Shown here piece after piece: positions 11,926-25,962 of a stretch of 64,000 nt of DNA. The stretch covers positions 24,490,001-24,554,000 of the forward strand of contig NC_086108.1 in the NCBI RefSeq assembly GCF_963921235.1. Reading direction: 5' to 3'. How positions within the stretch are numbered: position 1 is the stretch's first letter; every line of letters starts with the position of its first letter. The stretch is from Mobula hypostoma. Its lineage: Eukaryota. Below the pieces are notes generated by a model that saw only the letters and a program-made list of their open reading frames with translations, had not been told where the DNA came from and made no database searches. Made by a program: the position numbers and the translations under genes.

Positions 11926-14924
11926 CACATTCTACAGGGTTTAACTTTTCTGAGATATTCTCGTGGAGAGAATGATACATGGGGAGTTGAGGAGGAAAAC
12001 AAACAAGCATAGTAGCCAGCTGAAGAAGTGCATGTCCGCACATGGCAGTGAAGGGTGATCCTCTCTGAATGGTTGGTCAGAGCCAATCGTATTGCTCTGA
12101 CTTGCTCTTAATGAGGTATTCCTTTGGTTCAGCGCCCAGCCCAGTGCCATGGTTTGAGATCACCTCGTGACCTGAACTCCACACATCAACTACAGCAAAT
12201 CTTACTGTCAGTTGTGAATGACATAATCGATATTTGTCATAAAAGTTTTAACAAGCTTCCACATGTTGATCATGATAGCTATGCAGCTTGCAAGTCAAGG
12301 ACTTCGATAGCTATGTCCCTCGATAGCTATGGGGTTCAGACCAAGCAATGGAAGGGGCATAATTTCCTTGCTGTTAAAAAAAAATATAATTCCGGTTTAA
12401 GCAGCAGGTTAGTCCAGATAGTACTGGCTTAGTGAAAGATACCACATAGATGATTTATCAACCGCTGTGCTCTTGGGGACTCTTCAGAATACACAAGGAA
12501 TCATTCAATCCAATCAACTGGTTTCACTAACATGCACAGTATGCTTTAATGATTTCCCACATCTAGTATTCCAGTTTCATCCTTGCAACCACTTCTCACA
12601 CTGCTACTTAAAGCAGGAAAATTTATTTCTTTACTTTTCAACATCATATCAGATGCAGCAGCTGTGGTGCCATTCTGGTTATGCTGATCCTCAAGCTTGT
12701 CAAATCAATGTACCACATTGAATGCAACACAATGAAAACAAAGATAAAATGAATAGAGGCAAAACATTGACCTTACTCACGCAAGGAAAGAAAGCTAAGT
12801 AATAGGGGACACTTTTAAGATTGCAATTGGCTTCTCAGACACAAAGTCTCTTCTTGAGCTCAGTAGTGTCTGCATACTTAAATGTCACAGATCCAATGTA
12901 AGAACACTGAAGAAAGTTGCCACTTCTTTTAAAACCCTTCACCGGGGATCGCAAAGAGTGATGTAACCACATGACTAAAGTGAACATTGACCTATATCTG
13001 GGAAGGTGCTGAGCAGAATATGAACCTTGCCCATGCAAATAAATGGCAGTCCTCAAATAAGTCATTGCTGATTACCCAGTCCCAAGAATGTCTTCACCCC
13101 AAGAACTTCACTGCATGATTTATATCTAAGGCTTCAGGACTTTATGTGGTGCAAATTTCCTTATCTATGTACCATCTACCTTTAGCTTTTGTAAACTACC
13201 AAATGTTTACAAAATGTTTTGTTGAATGGTGATCTGTAAGGAAGCCATATTGAAGACCAACATTTCAACCAACCCTTGGTGGTTGAGCTTCAGCTTCAAC
13301 TTATGCATCATTTGAGAGATTCTTCAAGATTTTAATGCTGCACCTTTCAGGCTATAGCTTTTATAACTGCTTCCCATTTAGCTCTCTGGTTATACAATTA
13401 TCAATCAATGTTCCTTCCATGGCTGTAGTTGTACTGGTGTACTCCCAAATATCCATTCAGAAGATCTTCTGTTGCACACTGGTATGTTTGGGATGGAAGG
13501 TAACTCCCTTCTGACTCTTTTGACAGAAATGGTCATTTTTCGGCACTTTTGTGGCACAAATATTACGTGTCTCTACTGACCTAAAATAAACCTGCACTGT
13601 ATACTAAAACATATGCAGGGATATTTTTGGCAAGATCATGATCAGTACCTGCACTGTCATGAATAGAAAGGGTTTAACCACACAATGAAGGTTCACTGCT
13701 CTTATTGGCAACCTCCACCCTCTGCACAGTTAACACCTTTCATAATTCTCCCACACATTTTCTAACATCATTTTACTCTAATTTCCATTGAACTTCGTAT
13801 TTCATCCATTTTAAGAAAATATTTACTTTGTTTCTATCCTGTATTTCATTTTGACTGGTTAACATGATATTTTATGTGTCAAAATGGCCTCACATACTCC
13901 AGGGCCTTTTTTTAACAATGTACAGTCCTTTAGCCAAAGATCCCAAAGTTACCTGATTACTCTTCTAGACCTAAAGCTACATGTATTTAAGTATTTTTGA
14001 AGTCTTGCTGAGCATAAAGCTATATGTTTTGCTTTGTTGTGGGCATTGACCTCAGTTACAAGGTATGGCTCTAAGTGTTCCTAAAGGCAGTGCCCAAAGC
14101 CCAATTATTTTTAAGAGCTTGATCAAACATCTTACTTTAATTGTAAGGTCAGATATGAGAATGTTCACGGAAAATTGTACAATGTTCAGTTCCATTTGTA
14201 ATTTCTTAAAAAGTGAAGTAGTTCATGACTACACGCAATAAAACCTGTAAACTATTGTTGTGGGGGCCAAAATCGAACATTATTCATTCAACACATCTGT
14301 CAATCATTATTCATCGCTGATTCCCCAGCAATGTCTGGTTGGTCATCTCCAATGAGAAACTAAACAGGATTAGTGGTTTCATGCAAAGGTCAGGGGCTGA
14401 GTTATCCTGTCTAATGACCTCATAAAGTCTTTCATCATGTACAATTCAGGAGCACCTTGGAATGGTTTCTGCTTGCTAGGTGCATCTCCAATAATGTTCA
14501 AGACTATATAATACTCAAAGATATAGCCAAACCACTATGCTAAATTTTCAGGTGTCCCAATAATTAGTCCATAAAAATTCCACACCAGCGACTCTGAAGG
14601 CTTCTTTGATCAAACCAAGCATCCCTACAATTTAGGATAAGGTCAGAAAGGTCATGGGAATGTGCCAACTGATGATGCATATATCTTCTTTGGAAATATA
14701 TTTCCATCCCTTCACTAACGTCACCATTCTACATTTTCTGTTGGAGTGCTCTCAATTTGAGGCAAAAACAGTTTGAGGTGACCTTTCAAGGGCAAAAAGT
14801 GATGAATTAAATAGCATCTTACTCAAACTCCTTGAGAAATTCAATGATATGCAAAGAACTGGGTAACAACAGTCACATGCATCTATGACCAACTCATTAC
14901 TTGGATACATAAAGATAAAGGATA

Positions 14925-15490
14925 AAAGATTAAGGTCATGATGAATGGAGTATCCTTAGGCTTCAGTGTAAAGTAAATCAGGTTTTGGAAGAAAAGAGGG
15001 GTCACAAAGGTACGAAGGGGTGTTGTCAAACTGAGATGAAGAGGTAGCAGGACAACAGATTTGTGGAACGGCCAACCTGAATAATGATCTTTTGGGGAGA
15101 GGTGCAGCAGTTATCAGGATTTGAAAGTGTGGAGGTGGGGTAAACAGGTTGTTTGATTGGAAGGATTGGATTTTTATGAAAAGATGTTTCCACTTGAGGA
15201 AATCCAAATCTGGGAGTCAGAAATATGTGATAGTCACTGACAAATCAGTAAGTCATCCAGGAGAAAAAGCTTTATCCAAAAAATAAGTTCAGTGCAAAAC
15301 TCACTATCACACATAGCAGCTGAGGAAAATAGCAAAGCGATTCTTCAGGGATCGCTAGATAAGGAGAGCAGGAATAATACAAAAATGAGTCAGTCAGATG
15401 AAGTAGTTTGAGGGAGACTGGGCAGCAAAAACACTGGCAAAGACTGGTCAGGTTATTTGGCCTTTTCTTGGCTGTGGTAACAATGTAATA
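14925..15490 (+). mobile_element. Highly decayed CR1-like fragment
   Basis: gaaaagatgtttccacttgaggaaatccaaatctggg and the sequence after it resemble the CR1 ORF2 3' region. Confidence 0.45.
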
Positions 15491-16196
15491 CTCTGGAAGC
15501 TATTGCCAAGGACTCATTAATCAAAGTGTGCAGAAGGATAAGACCTTCCAGTGATAAGCACAGGTTGTGGGAAAATGTCGAAAATACAATAACAGACAGC
15601 AGTATAAATGAGCAGGCAGAGGAAAGGGTAATGATCCGTGCTGATGTGCTGACCATCTAATGGGTTTACTTGTTTATTTCATGATTACCTACATTATCAC
15701 ATCAAACACTTTAATAACACTATCGACAGAAGCACAAATAACAGTCTAAATTAAGTTTTAGCTCTCTGACAAACACGCTGTTCACAAGTTTAGGGTGGCA
15801 ATTCCAAGCGTACGTGCTGGCTCAGTGTGCTTAATTTTAATTCTTCACTTCTCCTTTTTGATGAGGTACTGGTCAATAGCCACATTCCTTTGCTGCACAG
15901 GAACTCTGATTCTCTTCATCTCCTTTCTATCCAAACAATTACTTGCTCCCCGACTTTTCAGTCTGAGAAGCATTCATCCTGAAATGTGGTTTCTCCCTCC
16001 ACTGATGCTGCTTGACCTGCTGAGCATGCACCACATTTTCTGTTTTTAATTCAGATGACAATTATACATATATTTAGTAGAAATGATGGTGAAACAAATG
16101 TTAGTTCACTTTTTGTTTCATTGTTATTTAAAACAATGCCTTCTGCTTCTGTTGGGATGCGTAATCACTGAGTATGCATGTGGAACAAGTGCACTA

Positions 16197-17748
16197 TGGA
16201 AAGGTACAGCACAAAAACAGGTCCTTAGGCCCACAGTGAAGTGCTAGACCAATTAAAATTAGTAATCAAATGGCCAACTAAACTAATCAATTCTGAATAC
16301 ACACTTTCATAGCCTTTTATTTCCTCACATCCATGTGTCTATCCAAACACCCCTTAGCAGTCTCTAATGTATCTGCCTCTACCACCACCCTAGGCAGCAC
16401 ATTCCAGACACTCACCACCATTCACTGTGATTAAAAAAAACATTACCCCTCACGTCTCCCTGAAATTAACCTCTATCACCATAAACGCCATCTGGAGTTA
16501 GATATTACAGTGCTTGGAGAAAGATATTGTCTGACTACTCTATCTATGCCTCTCATAATCTTATAAATATCAGATCTCCACTCAGTCTCCACCTCTCAAG
16601 TGAAAAAAAAGCAAAGTTTGTCCAACCTCTTGTTACAGCACATGCCCTTTAATCCAGACAACACCTTGATAAACTTCTTCTTCATCCTCTCCAAAGTCTC
16701 AGCATCCATTCTGCAAAGGTGTGCCCAGAATTGTATTCAATATGAAGATGTGGCTTAACTAGAGCTTTATAAAGCTGCAAAATAACATTCTGACTGTTAA
16801 ACTCAATGCCTCAACTACTAAACGTAAGCATGCCATTTACCTTTGTCCACCATTCTTTCAACCTATGTAGCTATTTTCGAGAACGATGATTTTTGACCCC
16901 AAGATCCCTCTGCTTATCAACACTGTTAAGGACCTTGCCCTCAACAGTGTACTGTCTCTTTGCTTTTGAGCTATCATATTTGACTGTCGTAAACCCCATG
17001 TGCCATATCTGCAACTAATCTATATCCTGTTGTATTCTTTGTTGGACTTCTATGCTATCCACAACATCAGCATTCTTTGTATCATCTGCAAACTTATTAA
17101 CCCACCCATGCACATTTTTATCCAGGTTACTTATTTACATCACAAACAGCGGAGGTCCAGTACAGATCCCTACATAACACCACTAATCACAGTCCTCCAG
17201 CTAGAATAAATCCCTTCGACCACTGTCCTGTCTTTTATGGACAAGCCAGTTCTGAATTCAAATGGAAAATTTATCTATATATAATTAAACACATAACATC
17301 ATGCAACCCACGCATCTTAATCTTCTGGATGAGCTTCCCATGAGGGATCATGTCAAATGCCTTACTAAAGTCCATGTAGACAACAACAATCATGCTCATC
17401 ACTTTATCAAAAAATTCAATCAAATTAGTCAGACACAACTTGCCCAGCACAAAGCCATGCTGGCTCTCCCCAATTAGGCCATGGTTTTCCAACTGCTCGT
17501 AAAACATATCCCTAAGAATTCTCTCCAGTAACTTCCACACCACTGATGTAAGACTAGTTTCTAGGACCATTCTATAGTTTCCAGGATTATTTCTGGTTCC
17601 CTTCCTGAATAATGAAACAAAACTAGTTACATGCTAGTCCTCCGGGATCTTGCCCTTGGCTAGAGAGGAAATGAAGGTATCGGTCAAGGTCCCAGAATTC
17701 TCTTCTCTTGCCTTTCTCAATAACCTGGGGTAAATCATCAGGCTCTGC
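16197..17748 (-). mobile_element. CR1 LINE, RT region to 3' end (decayed)
   Basis: ORF 17271..17570 contains SLTSVVWKLLERIL...QHGFV..KLCLTNLIEFF...YMDFSKAFD. CR1 tail near 16200. Confidence 0.9.
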
Positions 17749-17759
17749 AAGAAGTATCG

Positions 17760-19692
17760 TAAAAAAGGTAGATGAGATCAGGGTATGGATCAACACATGG
17801 ATATATGATATTGTAACCATTAGTGAGACTTGGTTGCAGAACGAGAGGACTGGCCACTCATTATTCCAAGGTTCATTGTTTTAAATGTGACAAATTGAGA
17901 GGCATTAAAAGATCACGTAGACCAGTGAAGGAAAATGTCACAGCAGTGCTCAGTCAGGTCAGAAGGAAAACTCATATTGTTAGGCATTATGGCTGGAACT
18001 GAGAAAAGTACGACCGCATTAATGGGACTGTATTACAGACAACCCAACAGTCAGAGGGATTTTGAGGAACAAATTTGTACAGAGATCACAGATGGTCGCA
18101 AGAAATAAAAGGATGTTATACTAGGTGATTGTAACTTTCCACATATTGACCAGGACTGTAAAAGGGCTAGATGGGATAGAGTTTGTCCAATGTATTCAGG
18201 AAAGTTTCCTTCATTAGTACATAGAAGTCCCAATGAGACACTGCGTGATACTTGATCCGCTATTTGGAAATGAGACAGGGCAGGTGACAGAAGTTTCTGT
18301 GTAGGGGAAGATTTCACATCTAGTGATCATAATTCCATTAATTTGAAAGTAAATATGGAAAAAGATAGGTCTGGTCTATGGGTTGAGATTCTAAACTGGA
18401 GAAAGGCCAATTTTGATGTTATTAGAAAGGATCTGGCAAATGTGGATTGGGACAGACTGTTTTCTGGCAAAGGTGTACTTGGTAAGTGGGAGGACTTCAA
18501 AAGTGAAATTTTAAGAGCACAATTCCTGTCAGAATAAAAGGCAAGGGTAACAGGTTTGTGGAAGCTTGATTTTAAAGAGATATTGAGGCCCTGGTTAAGA
18601 AAAAATAGGAGGTGCATTGCAAGTATAAGCAAGTAGGAACAAATGAGCTGCTAATGGAGTATAAGAAATGCAGGAAGACATGTAAATAAATCAAGAGGGC
18701 TAATAGGAAGCATGAGCTTCCCTTAGCAGACAAGGTGAAAGAGAAACCTAAGGGATTCCAGAGACAGGTTAAGAGCAAAAGAATTGCAAAGGACAAAATT
18801 GGTCCTCTGGAAGGTCAGAGTGGTAATTCATGCATGGAGCCAAAAAAGATGGGGGTGATTGTAAATGAAGTTTTAGCAACAGTTCTGGAAACAGATACAG
18901 AGTCTATAGATTGTGAGGCAAAGTGGCATCAACTTCATGGACTCTATATACATTACAGAGGAGGAGGTGTTTGCTGTTTTGAGGCAAATTAGCGTGGATT
19001 AGTCTGCAGGGCCTGGCAAGCTGTTCCCTCAGACTGCGTGCAAGGCAAGTGTAAAAATTACCTTAGCCCCAACACAGATATTCAAATCATCCTCAATGAC
19101 AGGTGAGGTACTGGAGGCTTGGAGGATAGCCAATGTTGTTCTGCTATTTAAAAAAGGCTCTAAAAATAAATAGGAAATTATAGGCCATTGACCCTGACAT
19201 CTGTAGTGGAAGGTATTCTAAGGTACTTGATATACGAGTATTTGGATAGACAGGGATCATGGATGGTCAGAATGGTTTTTTGCATGGCAGGTCATGCCTT
19301 AACAAACTTAGAGATGTTCGAAGCGGTCAACAGGAATGTTGATGAAAACTAGGTAGTGGATGTTGTTTACATGGATTTAACAGGGCCTTTGACAGGGCCC
19401 AACATGGAGATTGATCAAGAGGGTTCAACCACTCGGCATTCAAGATGAAGCTGTAAAGTGGATTGGACATTCGCTTCGTGGGACAAGCCAGAGAGTGGTA
19501 GTAGATGGTTGCCTCCCAGACCTGAGACCTGTGACCAGTGAAGTGCTGCAGGGATCAGTGCTGGATCCATTGTTGCTTGTTACCTATATCAATAGCCTGG
19601 ATAATAACGTGCTCAGCACATTTGTAGATGATACTAAGGTTGGGCGTGTAGTGGACAGTGAGGAAGGCCATCATGGCTTGCTGCAGGATCTC
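17760..19692 (+). mobile_element. CR1 LINE, endonuclease to RT (decayed)
   Basis: ORFs 18343 (LNWRKANFDVIRKDLANVDW), 18735 and 19411 (QGSVLDPLL...FVDDTK). Confidence 0.9.
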
Positions 19693-19744
19693 CAACCCTA
19701 TCAAGGCCTTTCAGCAGTCGATTGGTTTCAATGGGGTCACCTTC

Positions 19745-20280
19745 ATTGTTCTGAATTCTAGTGATTACATATCCAGAGCCATCAAACGCTCTTCACAAGG
19801 CAATCCATTCAATCCTCGAATCATTTTCGTGAACCCCTTTGAAACCTCTCTGGTTTCAGCACATCCTTTCTTTGATAAGAGGCTCAAAACTGCTCACAAT
19901 ACTGTCAGTGAGACCTTTCCAGTGCTCAACTTTACATGCTTGCTTTTATATTCTAGTTCTCTTGAAATGAATGTTCACAACACATTTGCCTTCTTCACCA
20001 CAGACTCAACCAGCAAATTAACCTTCAGAGAATCCTGCACAAGGACTATCAAGTTCCTTTGCACCTCTGTTTTTTGTATTTTTTCTCCATTTAGAAAACA
20101 GTCTAACCTTTCATTTCCTCTAACAAAGTGCATGACCATAAACTTCCCAACACTGTATTGCATCTGCCACTTCTTTGCCTATTCTCCAAATCAGTCTGTA
20201 CTTCCGTAGCCTCTCTACTTTCTCAAAACTACCTGCCCCTCTACCTATCTTCATAACATCAGCAAATTTGAGATATCCCA
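19745..20280 (-). mobile_element. CR1 LINE RT fragment
   Basis: ORFs 20120..20305 (KFADVMKIG) and 19975..20163 (VMHF...VESVVKKAN). Confidence 0.85.
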
Positions 20281-20384
20281 GGCCCTGGCATCCACGAATC
20301 AACATACCATCTGGGAATCTCGTTCTTTCCCACAGAACCTTCTGTCCATTCCTCTAACTAACAAATCCCCTGTCCCCTATTGTA

Positions 20385-20787
20385 GAAAAGCAGCATCCAT
20401 TATCAAAAAATCTCACCACCCAGGCCATGCTCTTTTCCTCACTGCTGCCATCAGATAGAAGGTACAGGAGCCTCAGGACTTGCACCACCAGGTTCAAGAA
20501 CAGTTACTACCCCTCAACCATCAAGCTCTTGAAGAAAAGGGGATAACTACACTCATTCTATTTCTGGTGTTCCCACAAATGATGGCCTCACTGTAAGGAT
20601 TATTTATCTTGTTATTTCATGCTCATTTTTTGCCATTTATTCATATTTGCACTTGCACCGTTTATTGTCCATTGATCCTGTTTACAGTTACTGTTCTATA
20701 GATTTGCTAAGTATGCCTGCAGAAAAAAATATCTCAGGGTTGTATGTAGTGACATGTATGTACTCTGATAATTAACTTTACTTTGAA
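20385..20787 (+). mobile_element. Rex1/Babar LINE 3' end
   Basis: Encodes HHPGHALF.LLPS..RYRSLRT.TTRFKNSYYPS, with a 3' UTR ending ...actttactttgaa. Confidence 0.8.
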
Positions 20788-20789
20788 CC

Positions 20790-21560
20790 ACAATGTGCCT
20801 TCCCCTCCGCCCCCCCCCCGCCTTACTTTCCCTTCTGAGTCACAGAGCCAGACCCAGTGGCAGGGACTCTCCTCTGTTAGGTCAACCCCTCCCACCTCCC
20901 TTAACTATATCCAAAGTGATATACCTGTTGTTGAGGTAGATAGCCACAGGGGTACTCTGCACTGGCTCATTAGCCCCTTTCCTGTGCCACCCAGTTTCCT
21001 GTGTCCTGCACCTTGTGTGTAACTATCTCTATGTATGTCCTATCCATCACCCCTTCAGCCGCCTGAATGATCCGGTGTTCATCCAGTTCCAGCTCCAACT
21101 CCCTCATGCAGATTGTTAGAAGTACAGCTGGATGCACTTCTCCCAACTGTAGTTGTCGGGCTCATTGAATGTCTCCCTGCCTTCGCACATCTCGCAAGAG
21201 GAGCTTTTCGCTAACCTGCCCGGCATCTCTACTGTCCTAGCTGCGCAGATATTAAGAAGGGAAGGAGACAAAGAAAAAAACAACTTAACCTTGAACTTGT
21301 TTATCGCTTTCTCTGAATGAAGCCTTTAAGAGTTAAAGCCTCAGGATCATCACTCCGACTCTGTCCACTCAGATGATGGCCACTGCGATTGCCCCTGCCT
21401 TCCTTTAATTTGTTCTTATTAATCAATCACAAACATTGGTTTGGTCACTGGTCAAAGCTCTATTAAGCTACTGCAACCAGCTGCTCCCCTCCTCTACTTG
21501 GCAGTGGACCTGTATGAAACTCCTCCACTCAATCTTCCAACATTCAGATTGGTCGCTGGT
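20790..21560 (-). mobile_element. Probable CR1 5' region / ORF1 remnant
   Basis: Minus strand shows a C..C.QL...ELELE-like remnant near 21080-21150, preceded by UTR-like sequence. Confidence 0.5.
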
Positions 21561-21677
21561 CAAAGCTCTACTTTGATTACTCATTAAGAACCTTACCCAA
21601 ATCCTCCACATTCAAGCAAAGGAGTCTCCTTTATCTTTCAGTGGTTCTGCCCTCTCCCGAGTTATTCTTTTGATGTA

Positions 21678-23192
21678 CAGTGCTTTGAAAAAATATTCAG
21701 CCTCAAACCATTTGTTCACATAAATGTATATTGCAACCAGGGATTTTGATCAATTTAACTGAGAATTTCTTTTTATGAATCAGATACTCCTTTTCCACAA
21801 CACAGCACAAAAACAATATTGCAAAGCATGAAAAAGTAAAAATTCAAAAACGGAAATGTCAGCAGTTCAAAAGTATTCATCCCTCTTTGCTTGGCACTTA
21901 GTTACACCATCTCTCAGAGCCATTACAACTAGGGGTCTTTTTGGATAAGTCTCTATTTGGATCAAGATTTTCTCATTCTTCCTTGCTAAATTACTCAAGC
22001 TGTGCCAGTTTAGTTGGGGAGCGGTGGTGGACAGCAATCTTGAGGTCTTACCAGAGATGTTCGATTGGATTAAGGTCAGTGCTGACTGGGCCACTCAAAG
22101 GCATCAATTTTCTTCATTTGAAGCCTCTGTATGGTTGCACGAGCAGTGTGTTTTGGGTTGTTGTCTTGCTGAAAGATCAGCTTCTTCCCTAGTTTAAGCT
22201 TTCTGTCAGAATCTAGCAGATTTTTATCCAGGATCTCACAGTATATAGAAGCATTCATTTTCACATCATTTTGAAATACAACTATCCTCCACCATCCTCA
22301 TTTTTCCAATTTTTCAAGTTGCACTTAGTGCTAAATCCAAAAAGTTCCACTTTAGACTCATTTGAACACAAACTCTTCTTCCACATGTTTACAGTGTCTT
22401 TTAAGCAATGCTGTGCAAAGACTTTACAATCAGAAATATGCTTTTTTATTTAGCCAGGGATTCTTCCTTGCCACTTTTCCATTAGTATCCTTTCTGTGCA
22501 ACGCCTTAGAGATTGTGGAGCCATGAGTGTCTTCTGCAGTTGCATCTGTTGACTACTGAAGCTCACTCAGAGTGACTGTTGCTGACACAGTAGCCTCTCT
22601 TACAAGTGTCATCTTTCTCCAGAGGCTGTTTAAAGACGCAGCCTGACTTAAGCAGGGTGGCTGTGATTTTATATCTTTTTAACTTTTTCACAATGGACTC
22701 TGAAATATGTTCAGTGCCTTTGAGATGGTCTTATATCCTTCCTCAGCTTTGTGCTTCTTTATTATCATTCCTGACTTGTCTTAAATGCTCTTTTGTCTTC
22801 ATTTTGGTTTGGTATGTTGAAAACCTACCATACCGTTGAACCTCACAGAGAGAGGGGGTATTTATTCTTTTGAATTAATTGAAAACAGGTGATCCTCCAA
22901 TTTTCTACATCAATAAATTTGGGTGATTTGGTAAGGTAATGTACAGTATTGCACCTGACGAAAGTTAGTCAAGTAATTACCAGGGGGATGAATATTTTAT
23001 CAGTTTCACAATTTTGATTTTTACTTTTTAATAAATTGTTAACAAGCTTTGGAATTTTTCTATTGATTTATATGATGCACAATATTTTGTAGATTAGGTC
23101 AAAAATCCTACTTTATTACATTTCAAATTTTTAAAAAAGAGATGGTAAACAATGAAAATAGTTGTGGGGCTGAATACTTTTTCAAGGCACTG
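21678..23192 (-). mobile_element. Tc1/mariner DNA transposon, near full length, defective
   Basis: TIRs cagtgctttgaaaaaatattcagcc / ggctgaatactttttcaaggcactg, with TA at the left. ORF 22076..22264 contains FQQDNNPKHTA...EWPSQ. Confidence 0.92.
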
Positions 23193-24292
23193 TTTGTGGA
23201 GAATGTCTCTTTAATCCCACTTGCCAAGGTGATTTCATGGCCCCTCCAGGCTTTCCTAATTCCCTTGATATCTTTTCTGGCTTTGGTATCATCTTCAAGA
23301 GCTCTGTCTGATTCTAGGTTGTTAATATTTACATACTGTTCCTTCTTGACCAGATTCATCTCCTCCCGGCACTAACATTGTCATCCTTGACTTTCCTTCT
23401 GAATGGAACATAACTCTCCTGTACTCTGTACAGATGGTCTTTAAACACTTTGCACAAATCAAAAACAGCTGTTCCCAAATAACTTACCCTAGTTCCCATC
23501 TAAGGCTCTCATATTTTGCCCTGCTCCAATTTAATATTCTCTCGCAAGGTCCATACTTATCCTTATCTATAGCCATCTTTAAACTCAAGGAATTATGGTC
23601 ACTGTTCCCTACCCGCCCACCCACTGAAATATCAGTCACCTATTCCGGTTTGTTGCACAAAACGAAGTCCTGTACAGCCCCTCCTCTTGTTGGACAATCT
23701 ACATATTGATCTAAGAAACCCCCGTGGATGTACCAAACAAATTCTGCCCAATCAAAACCTCTACATAAAGAAGGTCCCAGTTTATATTAGGAAAGTTGAA
23801 GCCCCCAAAACATATCTCTTCTTCAATGTCTCAGTGGCTCCTGGGGGTCTGTATCACAATCCCATCAGCATGATTGATACCTTCTTATTTTTGAGTTTGA
23901 TCTATGTAGACACAGTAGACAAATCCTCATTTATGCTCCCTCTGAGTGCAGCTCTGCTATTGTCCCTGATTATTAGTGCAACTTCCACCCCCCAACCACC
24001 TCTTTAACCTTCCTCTGTCTTGTCAAAAGAAAAATAGTTGAAACCCCTGAGCATTCAGCACTATTCCTGTCCCTGTCTCAGTCAAGTCTCTGTAATGGCC
24101 ACAATATCATATTTCCATTTACAGATCCATGTTACCCATAATTCTATTAGCATTAAAATACACACACTTCGAACTGTCCATCCCATTGCATCTATTGCTT
24201 TGCTCCTGCCTGTTATTACTGGCCCTGACATCTTCCTACCTCTCCATTTTCTGATGGTTCTCTGGTTTCCATTCCCTGCCAAACTAGTTTAA
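23193..24292 (-). mobile_element. CR1 LINE endonuclease-region fragment
   Basis: ORF 24082..24282 ends WKYDIVAITET. ORF 23123..23359 contains IRKAWRGHEITLA. Confidence 0.8.
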
Positions 24293-24769
24293 GCTATGAG
24301 CACTTGTATTATGTGACAAAGTGATCTGATTAAATTCCAGCAAGCTTGGCCAATTCAAAGGGGCATTAGAGAGAACTATACATTTTGAGTTGCATCCAGA
24401 CCAATGACCAATAGTCGACAGATTCCCTTTGTGAAGGGCATTAAAGAAGCAAGAGGTTTCCAGCTATTTTCTTATTAATTTATTTTCATGCCGAGGTTGC
24501 AAGTTTAAATTATGAGAGCTTTAATCTTGCAATCTTGAGTTATTGGTATAGTGCGATAAGCACTGACAATTCCATATTTTCAAAGACTGCATATCATTTC
24601 CTTTCATAATTATTTCCTTTAATTTCAAAGGTGAAAATACAAAAGACAATAAGACTCGACAAGCAATCCTTTTAAACTGGTTTTGCCTTTATTAACTTTG
24701 TACCTCATGGATTAATGTTGCAAGTTCCATTTTAAATGTTAAAATTCAGTGCGAAACATCTTTAAGAGT

Positions 24770-25962
24770 TCAGAATCAGATTTAATATCACTGTCTTACG
24801 TCATCAATTTGATGTTTTGCAACTGCAGAGCATTGCAATACATAGTAATAAACAATAATAACTGACAGTAAGAAATATATTAAAAATTAATAAATAGTGC
24901 AAAAAGAGGAAAAAAAACAAAAAATATATTGAGGTAGTTTACATGAGTTCATTGTCCATTCAGAAATTTGATGTTGGTGGGGAAGAATCTGTTCCTCATT
25001 GTGTTGGGTGCGTGTCTTTAGGCTCCTGTAGCACCTCCTTATTGGCAACAATGAAAAGAGGGCAAGTCCTAGGTGATGGAGGTCATTGGATGCTGCCATG
25101 TTGAGGCCTTGCCTTTTGAAGATGTCCCCTATACTAGGGAGGTTAGTGCCCATAATGGAGCTGGCTGAGCTTTCAACTTTCTGCAGCTTTTCCTGATCCT
25201 GTGCAGTCACCACTCCATACCAGACGGTAATGCAACCAGTTAGAATGCTCTCCACAGTACATCTGCAGATATATGTGAGAGGTTTTGTAATTGCAACAAT
25301 ATGTTGGGCCCAGGATAGATCTTCAGAGATGTTGCCATCCAGGAACTTGAAACTGCTCAGCCTTTTCACTTCTAATCCCTCTATGAGGACTGGAGTCTTC
25401 CCTCAACTTCACCTTCCTGGTCGACAATAAATCCCTCGGTCTTACTGACGTTGAATGCATAGTTGTTGTTAATATACCACTGAACCAGCTAACCAATTTC
25501 GCTCTTGTGCCCTGCCTCCTCACCATCTGAAATTTGACCAATAATTGAGTCACCTACAAATCTTAGATGGCATTTGAGCTGTTCCTAGCCACACGGTTAT
25601 GGATGTAGAGAGAGTCAAGCAGTGTACCAAGAATGCATCCTTGAGGTGTGCTGGGGTTAATTGTAAGCAAGGAGGTGTATTTCCGATCCTCACTGACTGT
25701 AGTCTCCCAATGAGGATGTCAAGGATCCAGTTGCTGAAGGAGGTACAGCGGTCCAAGTTTTGGATCTTGTTGATTAGTATTGAGGGTATGATGAGGTTGA
25801 ACGATGAGCCCAGGTGATTGAAGGTCATGACAAACTAGTGAGATTGAATCCACTGTAAAACTGTTCTGGCAATAGGCAAATTGCAGTGGGTCTAGGTACT
25901 TGCTTAGGCAGGAGCTTTTTCTGGCCATGACCAACCTCTCAAAGAACTTCATCACAGTAAAT
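24770..25962 (-). mobile_element. Rex1/Babar LINE, 3' part of a nested copy
   Basis: MMKFFERLV...LDPLQFAY, FNLIIP..LI.K, ESILTGCITVWYG, HHLGLALFSLLP, and a tail near 24770. Confidence 0.9.

Noticed and set aside
16197..19692. Back-to-back CR1 pieces as one twin-primed inversion
   Set aside because: The pieces overlap by several hundred bases of RT and look diverged, so two insertions are more likely.
19658..20209. 183-aa plus-strand ORF
   Set aside because: Mostly the antisense frame of a CR1 RT fragment.
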